DNA of 64,000 nucleotides from the human T2T-CHM13v2.0 reference genome, Homo sapiens, in assembly GCF_009914755.1 (NCBI RefSeq), contig NC_060925.1; one strand, given 5' to 3'. The notes below the pieces were generated by a model. It was not told the origin of the DNA, ran no database searches, and saw only the letters and a list, made by a program, of their open reading frames with translations. The position numbers and the translations under genes are program-made. Positions 55,290 through 64,000 of the stretch are shown one piece after another. Positions within the stretch are counted from its first letter, which is position 1. Every line of letters starts with the position of its first letter.

Positions 55290-55670
55290 AGCCCACAGAT
55301 ATTTACTGAGCACCTACTGTGAGCCAGCTCCTGTTCTAAGAACGAAGGATATGACAGTGAAACAGGCACAAATTCTGCTCTATTGCTTGTGGAGCTTACA
55401 TTCTTGAGGGGGAACCCAAGGATGCTTAAGAAGAGACAGAAATCACAATGAGTAGAAAGAGAGTGATGTGGTAGAGGTTGCTACTTTACATGGGTTGATT
55501 AGAGGAGGCCTCTCCGATAAGGTGGCATTTGGGCAAAGGCTTGAATGAAGTGAGAGAGTGAGCCATACGTTTATCTGAGAGAGAGGCAGATAATTCCAGG
55601 CAAACGGGACAGCTAACCTAAAAGCTTTGTGACAGAATCATGTTTGGCAGAATCAAGGAATAAAAAGGCA
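55290..55670 (-). mobile_element. L2 3' fragment
   Basis: atatttactgagcacctactgtgagccag...ggcctctccgataaggtggcatttgggcaaaggcttgaatgaagtgag. Confidence 0.75.
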
Positions 55671-56534
55671 TCTTAGAAATTGCTTGGGTAATGCTTTAAG
55701 ATCAATTGTCATCTCCTTTCAACTTGTTACAGACTCCTGCTTTTAGGTGTATGCTATATAGTTATTGGTCAAACATTAAGAGCTGGTCCCCATTAATAAC
55801 TATAACACTTCCTGTATTCAGGTGATGAGAAAAAGAAGGTCCTGCTCTCAAGAGGTGCAAATAGGGCTGGGGAGAGGTCTGGAGAGAATGAGAGACAGAG
55901 GCACCAATAGCTAAGTAGACTAGAAGTAGGTAGCAGAACCCTGACCTCCACATTTCTCCTGTTTGTTTTAACAGCTCCGCTTAGCAGCACCACAAGAAGG
56001 AGCGTGGAAAGTATGGAATCAGATCTGTTTGTGCGGTTTTTACATTTCAGGCGATTAAGTGAAATGGTAAATGAAACCAAATCTATTGCCTCTATCCCTG
56101 TCAGTGTGAGGCAAAGAGGGAAAATAAACTTCAACTCCTGGTGTAGACAGTGGAAGGGTGAGACAAGCAAACCCAGCTCCTTCACACCCACTTCCTTTCT
56201 TCTCACAAAGAGAAGTCCCTCTCAGTCCCTCAGAGCTTACATTGATGTGTCCAGAGAGGGAGGTTAAGGAACCCTGGAGATTCATTGTTGGGCCTCATAG
56301 CTGTGCTTTTATTCACCTGCCTTTTATAAATGTCCACTGTATGCCAGCATTGTGCTGGTGATACAAGTGCTGTGATGGGAATATGCACAAAGGTGGGCTT
56401 AGAAAAAGCTTCCTGAAGAATGCAACAGGTATCTATCTCAAAGCCAGGCAAGTAGGGTTTGATCGCCTTCGCTTTTTTTAAACAGTTCCTTCATTGTTAA
56501 TCTGCTCAATTCATCTCCGAGCCATGGTCTAGGG

Positions 56535-56746
56535 CAGGATTTTTTTAACCTTGACACTTGAACCTGGATAATAATTCCTTGTTGTAGGGGCTGCCCTGTG
56601 TATTACAGGCTGCTTAGCAGCATCCCTGGCCTCCACGCACTGGATGCCAGCAACCCCTTTCTCCCCAATTTCGACAACCAAAAGTGTCTCCAGACAGCGC
56701 CAGCTGTCCCCTGGGATGACAATCACCCCCCTGTTGAGAATCATTG
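56535..56746 (-). mobile_element. MER20
   Basis: ggggctgccctgtgtatt...agcagcatccctggcctc...caaccaaaagtgtctccagaca...gttgagaatcattg; opposite orientation to the other two copies. Confidence 0.88.
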
Positions 56747-56937
56747 GTCCAGATGAGGAAGTCCCAGGCCAGGCCTGGTGTTACTTACAAACTCCAGGTA
56801 CACAAGAATGAGGCTCTTCTTATGAACATCTGGTCTCATTTTCCACTGAAGTTTGAACAATAGGAAACAGGCTAAAAAAGCAGCAGGAAGATGTTAGGTT
56901 CGCTATGGAAAAGAATTTCCTGCTTAAGAAGTTAGTA

Positions 56938-57118
56938 AGGACTGACTTGGCGATGTGGGCTCTTTTTTGGTTCCATATGAACTTTAAAGTAGTATTTTCC
57001 AATTCTGTGAAGAAAGTCATTGGTAGCTTGATGGGGATGGCACGTTGTGCACATGTACCCTAAAACTTAAAGTATAATAATAATAAAATTTAAAAAAAAG
57101 TTCAAATGCAAAAAAAAA
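56938..57118 (+). mobile_element. Tiny 5'-inverted (twin-primed) L1PA insertion
   Basis: Antisense ORF2 piece ([26 protein letters not shown]) joined to sense L1 terminal 50 nt (cacgttgtgcacatgtaccctaaaacttaaagtataat) plus A tail; TSD agtaagga. Confidence 0.88.
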
Positions 57119-57643
57119 AGTAAGGAACTAGAAAATCTCAATGCAACATTTATAAAATATCCTCTAGATATGTGAGTGAAACAAAACTTCATTAAGCTGC
57201 TTATTTAAAGGGAAAGTTAATCTGCAGTAGAGGACAAAGTCAGAAATAGTTGCTTTGTTTCTTAAAAAATATATAATTGTCATTTCAATATATTTAACTG
57301 CAATTATCAATTAAAATTTGCCTGAAATGGTTGGTGATTTAAAGGTGTTTTCTGAGGCTTTGAGAACTTAGTATATTAACTGAATGTGAATGACTTTCAA
57401 ATGAGTCCTTATAAGTAGTATGTTTTCATAAGTGAATACACAGTGTTCTCTAAATAACTGTGGACACTGTTAATTTTTCTGTATTACTGAAAATATAGAT
57501 TTCAGTTCTCCCATTATCTGAATTAACATGACTCCAAGTTAGTTGTGTCTCACTTCACCTTAAAAAAAAAAGGTTTCTATCTAAAAGGAGGGAAAGAATT
57601 AACATTCATTGACCACCCATTTGTGCCAGGCTTTGGGCAAGGT

Positions 57644-57859
57644 CAGCAGTTCTCTAGTGAGGGGGATTTTGCCTTCCAGGGAACACTTTGCAATGTCTAC
57701 AAACATTTTTGGTTATCACAACTGGAAAGGTATTATATGAGCATCTAGTAGGTTAAGGCCAGAGATGCTGCTAAATATCGTACAGTGCACAGGCCAGCTC
57801 GCTCCAACAAACAACTCTCCAGCCCCAAACGTCAATAGCGCTGAGATTGAGAAACTCTG
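57644..57859 (+). mobile_element. MER20 inserted in a MIR
   Basis: gggggattttgcc...gaggccagagatgctgctaaa-like core...caaacgtcaatagcgctgagattgagaaactctg. Confidence 0.87.
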
Positions 57860-58253
57860 CACTAGGCTATATATCTATGTTATCTTATATTACCCTTAGG
57901 ACATTTCTTAAAACATCTTTACTATTATTATCCCCTATTATAGATGAAGAAACTCAGGCTTAGAGGGGTGAAGCAACTTGTTCAAGATCCTAAAACTAGT
58001 ACATAGAAGAGTCAGGGTTCTTATCCACACCCTAGGTGCTGTGGGCAGCTGTCTCTACCACACTCAGCTGTCCTCTTGTAGGTGGTTTTTAATTTATTAT
58101 CATTATTATTTTTACTTAAAGCCATGTGTGACAGGACTTTGCAAGGAGGATGCTGATGAGTCCAAAGGAAAATCACAAGTGTGCCCAGTCCTCTACTAAT
58201 CAATATAGCATGAAGTCATATACATCCTGTCCCCTCATGGGTAATAAATTCTT

Positions 58254-60607
58254 TTTTTTTTTATTTTACTTTAAGTTCCGGGATACATGTATAGAACACG
58301 CAGATTTGTTACACAGGCATACATGTGCCATGGTGGTTTGCTGCACCTATTGACCCGTCCTCTAAGTTCCCTCCCCTCACCCCCACCCTTCAATAGGCCC
58401 TGGTGTGTGCTGTTCCCCTCCCTGTGTCCATGTGTTATCATGGTTCAGCTGCCACTTATGAGTGAGAACATGTGGTGTTTGGTTTTCTGTTCTTGTGATA
58501 GTTTGCTGAGAATGATGGCTTCCAGCTTCATCCATGACCCTGCAAAGGGCATGATCTCATTCCTTTTTATGGCTGCATAGTATTCCATGGTGTATATGTA
58601 CCACATTTTCTTTATCCAGTCTATCATTGATGGGCATTTGGGTTAGTTCCATGTCTTTGCTATTGTAAATAGTGCTGCAATAAACATATGTGTGCGTGTG
58701 TCTTTATAGTAGAATATTTTATATTCCTTTGGGCATATACCCAGTAATGGGGCTGCTGGGTCAAATGTTATTTCTGGTTCTAGGTCCTTGAGGAATTGCT
58801 GTACTGTCTTCCACAATGGTTGAACTAATTTACGTTCCCATTAACAGTATAAAAGTGTTCCTATTTCTCCACAACCTCACTAGCATCTATTGTTTCTTGA
58901 CTTTTTAATAATCGCCATTCTGACTGGTGTGAGATGGTATCTCATTGTGATTTTGATTTGCATTTCTCTAATGATCAGTGATATTGAGCTTTTTTTCATG
59001 TTTCTTGGCCATGTAAATGTCTTCTTTTGAGAAGTGTCTGTTCATATTTTTCACCCACTTTTTGATGGGGTTATTTTTTTCTTGTCAGTTTGTTTAAGTT
59101 CCTTATAGATGCTGGATATTAGACCTTTGTTGGATGGATAGATCGCAAAATTTTTCTCCCATTCTGTAGGTTGCCTGTTCACTCTGATGATAGCTTCTTT
59201 TGCTGTGCAGAAGCTCTTTAGTTTAATTACATCCCATTTGTCAATTATGGCTTTTGCTGCAATTGCTTTTGGCGTTTTCATTATGAAGTCTTTGCCCATG
59301 CCTATGTCCTGAATGGTATTGCCTAGGTTTTCTTCTAGGGTTTTTATGGTTTGGGGCTTTACATTTAAGTCTTTAATCCATCCTAAGTTAATTTTTGTAT
59401 AAGGTATAAGGAAGGGTGATCCAGTTTCAGTTTTCTGCACGTGGCTAGACAGTTTTCCCAGAAACATTTAATGAATAGGAGATCATTTCCCGATCGCTTG
59501 TTTTTGTCAGGTTTGTCAAAGATCAGATGGTTTTAGATGTGTGGTGTTATTTCTGAGGTCTCTGTTCTGTTCCATTGGTCTATATGTTTGTTTTGGTACC
59601 AGTACCATGCTGTTTTGGTTACTGTAGCCTGTAGTATAGTTTGAAGTCAGGTAGCTTGATGCCTCCAGCTTTGTTCTTTTTGCTTAGGCTTGTCTTAGCT
59701 ATACAGGGTCTTCTTTGATTCCATATGAAATTTAAAGTAGTTTTTTTTCTAATTCTGTGAAGAACGTCAATGGTAGCTTGATGAGGATAGCATTAAATCT
59801 ATAAATTACGTTGGACAGTATGGCCATTTTCATGATATTGATTCTTCCTATCCATGAGGATGGAATGTTTTTCCATTTGTTTGTGTCCTCTCTTATTTCC
59901 TTGAGCAGTAGTTTGTAGTTCTCCTTGAAAAGGTCCTTCACATCCCTTGTTAGCTGTATTCCTAGGTATTTTATTCTCTTTGTAGCAATTGTGAATGGGA
60001 CTTCATTCATGATTTGGCTCCCTGCTTGTCTATTGTTGGTGTAAAGGAATGCTTGTGATTTTAGCACATTGATTTTGTATCCTGAGACTTTGCTGAAGTT
60101 GCTCACCAGCTTAAGGAGTTTTTGGGGTGAGACGATGGGGTTTTCTAAATATACAATCATGTTGTCTGCAAATAGAGACAATTTGACTCTCTCTCTTCCT
60201 ATTAGAATATGCTTTTTGTCTTTCTCTTGCCCGATTGCCCTGGCCAAAACTTCAATACTATGTTGAATAGAGTGGTGAGAAGAGGGCATCCTTACCTTGT
60301 ACTAGTATTCAAAGGGAATGCTTCCAGCTTTTGCCCATTCAATATGATATTGGCTGTGGGTTTGTCATAAACAGCTCTTTTATTTTGAGATATGTTCCAT
60401 CAATATCTAGTTTATTGAGTTTTTAACATGAAGGGATGTTGAATTTTATCAAAGGCCTTTTCTGCATCTACTGAGATAACCATGTGGTTTTTGTCTTTGG
60501 TTCTGTTTATGTGACGGATTATGTTTATTGATTTGCATATGCTGAGCCAGCTTTGCATCCCAGGGATGAAGCCAGCTTGATCGTGGTGGATAAGTTTTTT
60601 GATGTGC
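58254..60607 (-). mobile_element. 5'-truncated L1PA (~2.35 kb), frameshifted ORF2 RT/C-terminal remnant
   Basis: ORFs 59732-60289 ([15 protein letters not shown]), 59051-59467 and 60412-60627 are L1 ORF2; perfect 15-bp TSD gggtaataaattctt (58239, 60608). Confidence 0.96.
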
Positions 60608-61826
60608 GGGTAATAAATTCTTAGCACACGGGTACAGTCTTTTGTTTCACTTTGTTTTCCTCGTTATTCTGTAAACCTGCCAGTTTATGCACGTCAAAGG
60701 TCTAGAAGACCTTGCCAGTTCCTCTGTCCAGAGTCCCCACCCTGCCACTGAGGAGTAGCATGCAGTTTCACAAGTCGTGTTACCCCAAGAGCTTCGGTTT
60801 CCTCATCTGTAAAACAAGGATGATAACACTTTCCTCACATGATTGTCGAAATGATCATAGAGTAATAATAATAGTCAGAGGTACAATTTATTATGTGTGT
60901 TATGTACTGGGCGTTATATTAAGTGCTCTACACGTATTATCTCATTTAATTTTTAGAATAACCTTTTCAGTAGTTGTTGCCCCCATTTTGCAGACGAGAA
61001 AAGTGAGGCACTGCGAGGTTGTGTAATTTACTTGAGTGCAGGTGGTCAGTAAGTAGCAGAGCCAGCATTTGAACTTAGAATGTCTGGCTCTAAGCCTCAG
61101 ACTCTCTTAACCACAAAGCTCTCTGTCAAGTGCTATACAAATGTGAGAATGATTATGAGCAATGATAGCTAGTTTAGGTGATTAAAAAGCTTTATGTGCT
61201 TCAGAGAGTTTTCACAGGGTAATCATCATAAATTCCTTTTTCATCGTCTTTGCTGTTCCATCCTTGTGATCATTATGCAGTACCTATTATGTTTCACCTT
61301 TGTGTTTTTTTCTTTCTTTTCACAAGTTTAAATAAGGGAACTAGGGGTCTTTTTTTTTAAGTCAAGCTTTGTTAATAGATTTTCAGAATGCACATTAAAG
61401 TGCCAGAAATTGAGTGCTTTTCTGATTAGTAAAGATTGTATTGGTTTTTTTTTTAACAATTCACTTTGTAGATTTCTATTTTAAGCCCACTTAGAGCTGA
61501 TTACAATAACCCCTATTTATAAATAGAATTTTACTGGGCCTCACCTCTGACGTATTTTCAAATTCAGTCTCACTCACTCTAAGTAAAATAATCATTCATC
61601 AAGTGAAGGTAGGGTAGAATAAGAGCATATTTCTGCAGCTACCTCTGTGTTCTGAGGGAGCCAGCCATAAATATTCAGCATCGGTGGTCAGAGTTTGGCT
61701 CTGCATTAAATCATAATCATTTTACTGGTGAATAAATGACATGTTTAATTATTTTATATGGATGTATAAATTTTGGTCTTGATCTGGGCAGCATATTTTT
61801 AACATCTGGATTTTTTTGTTTTCTTG

Positions 61827-61828
<2 letters not shown>

Positions 61829-61857
<29 letters not shown>
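61829..61857. repeat. (GT)n microsatellite
   Basis: Direct reading. Confidence 0.9.
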
Positions 61858-61860
<3 letters not shown>

Positions 61861-61866
61861 AAATCA

Positions 61867-62197
<331 letters not shown>

Positions 62198-62589
62198 CTG
62201 TTTAGCTTTAAGTGCTAGGACACAAAATGTGAAGTCACTGTGGTCTTTAAAAATCTCAATTAACCAGAACATTCAAATTGCTGGGTGTATTCAACACTCC
62301 ACTTCTGGGATAAAGAGTTAAGTGACAAGGGCAGAGCTGGCCATGGGAATCATTATGGGGCTCCCAGTGCCTAGGCAAGTCAGGTTGAGTGAGCCTCCAC
62401 TCCACCCATCACATAACACACACACACACCAATACAACATTCTACAACAAAAAGTTAGCAAAAGAGTGTTCAGCAATGACAGTCTAAAATGGAAAAGTCA
62501 GAGAGATGAAGTCTCAAAGGGACATTCTGTATTCTGGAGATTATGTGTAGAGAGATACAGAAGAAAGTCATTTGGCAACAAGTTTCAAC

Positions 62590-62930
62590 AAGCTTCTGTT
62601 ATATGGGTCACCCTTACAGGGTCATAAGCATCCCTTGGGGGATTGTTAAAAATAATGTTTAGGACCGTGTCCTAGTCCTACTAAATCCAAATCTCCAGAA
62701 AACCCAGGGAAAATGATTTATTTAAAGGGCCACAGGTATCTTGGACACACCCCAGAGCTACTGAATCACAGTCTCTAGAGCTTGGGCCAGGAATCGGAAT
62801 GCAAAAGAAGCTCCACAGGTACTTCTGATACAAACCCCCGGCTTAGATCTCTGGGGGTGGTTCCTGGCAATCTGCATCTTTAGTCCATCCTCTAGGTGTG
62901 TCTTACAGACACCCCAGTTTGAGAGACATG
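62590..62930. mobile_element. hAT-Charlie relic with MER5-like subrepeats
   Basis: ctactaaatccaaatctcc, ctactgaatcacagtctct..gggccaggaatc, cctggcaatctgcatc...ccagtttgagagacatg. Confidence 0.5.
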
Positions 62931-63349
62931 GCATCAACTATTGTTCTGAGTTTTATCAGAGCAGAGGTAGCCAAATCTTCTAGACCTTATAGATCAGCTC
63001 CGATGCACAAGATTGGCATGAAAACAGCTTACATTAAAGTTTACTTAAAAATTACACATTTCCTATTAATTTTAATCTTCACAGTCTTATGAGGCTGCTG
63101 TAGCTGGAATTATAAGTGAAGAAAATGAGGTTCAGAAAGGATAAGTAACTTCTCCAGGGTATTTTCTGAGCACTCTGAGCAGGTGGCAGAGTTTGGGCTC
63201 AAATCACATCTTTTTGACTCAAGCCCTGAGCTCCATTCCTGCACTTATGATGTGGTGCACAGTGCCTAGATAGCACTTTCACACATAGAATCTTCCTTGT
63301 GCTATAGAAGAGCCCTGTAGGCAAAGTTACTTATCCTTTCTGAAAAATC

Positions 63350-63588
63350 ACAATCTCGGCTCACTGCGACCTCAACCTCCCAGGTTCAACCAATCCTCGT
63401 GCATCAGCCTCCCAAGTAGCTTGGACTACAGACACACACCAGCATGCCCAGCTAATTTTTGTATTTTTTTGTAGAGAACACGATCTCACTTTGTTGCCTA
63501 GACTGGTCTCAAACTCGTGGGCTCAAGCAATCCTCCGCTCTGCCTTCCAAAGTGCTGGGATTATAGGTGTGAGTTACCTCATTCAGGC
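63350..63588 (-). mobile_element. AluJ lacking its 3' end and tail
   Basis: caatctcggctcactgcgacctc...ccaaagtgctgggattataggtgtgag; no T tract. Confidence 0.85.
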
Positions 63589-64000
63589 CCTCCTGCCTTC
63601 CTTTTATTATATGGTAGGGTGGGATGGGCAGGAATTTGTTGTCTTTTGGGGGCTTCTGATGTCCAAATGTCTTATTAATTAGCCCTACCAACAGACACAA
63701 CTCAGACCAGAGCTAACCCTGTCAATTTAGACATCACTTCCTCTAGGAAGCCTTTGCTATATCCCTCCAGTAAAGGTCACATGACCTCCTCTGCACACTC
63801 AGTCTCCCTGTCTTTGTCCATATCACATAGCACTATCTGTTCCATGAGGCCAGGTATTGTCCATATGTACAATAGGAACATAACTCTTAATCAAATATTC
63901 GTGGAGTTGATGAACAAGTGCAGTTAGAATCAGTGGATAAATCCTTCTAATATTCAAAGCAATGAAGGCAGCTCACTTTTCTCCTATGCCTATTCTAAAA

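Noticed and set aside
58254-60607. Reverse-transcriptase ORFs as an active or novel retroelement system
   Set aside because: Ordinary 5'-truncated L1PA with TSD; ORF2 is broken by frameshifts and the FADD motif reads FADN.
62590-62930. Spaced imperfect repeats as a CRISPR-like array
   Set aside because: Degenerate MER5-like subrepeats in eukaryotic DNA; no constant repeat/spacer periodicity and no cas genes.

Overview
Primate (almost certainly human) genomic DNA from inside the receptor tyrosine kinase gene ROR1, on the + strand. Only two coding exons are present: a 288-nt exon encoding the Ig-like domain (3469-3756) and a 31-nt microexon encoding the Pro-rich Ig-to-Frizzled linker (4464-4494). 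The remaining ~59.5 kb is the start of a very long intron with no further recognisable ROR1 exon. It is filled with Alus, L1s, L2/MIRs, solo LTRs (MLT1, MLT2, MER34-like, LTR16-like, THE1B) and hAT DNA-transposon relics. Items read directly from the sequence that deserve a second look: a full-length Y3 RNA retropseudogene; two decayed hAT transposase genes (Tip100/Zaphod-like and Charlie-like) whose motifs remain legible across nested insertions; a 51-bp-arm hairpin in an old L1; a ~180-bp twin-primed L1; a microhomology-collapsed mini-Alu; and a possible intronic poly(A) site that could give a secreted Ig-only ROR1. I found no evidence of a new multi-gene biological system. Repeat subfamily names are from recalled consensus sequences and need RepeatMasker/Dfam confirmation.
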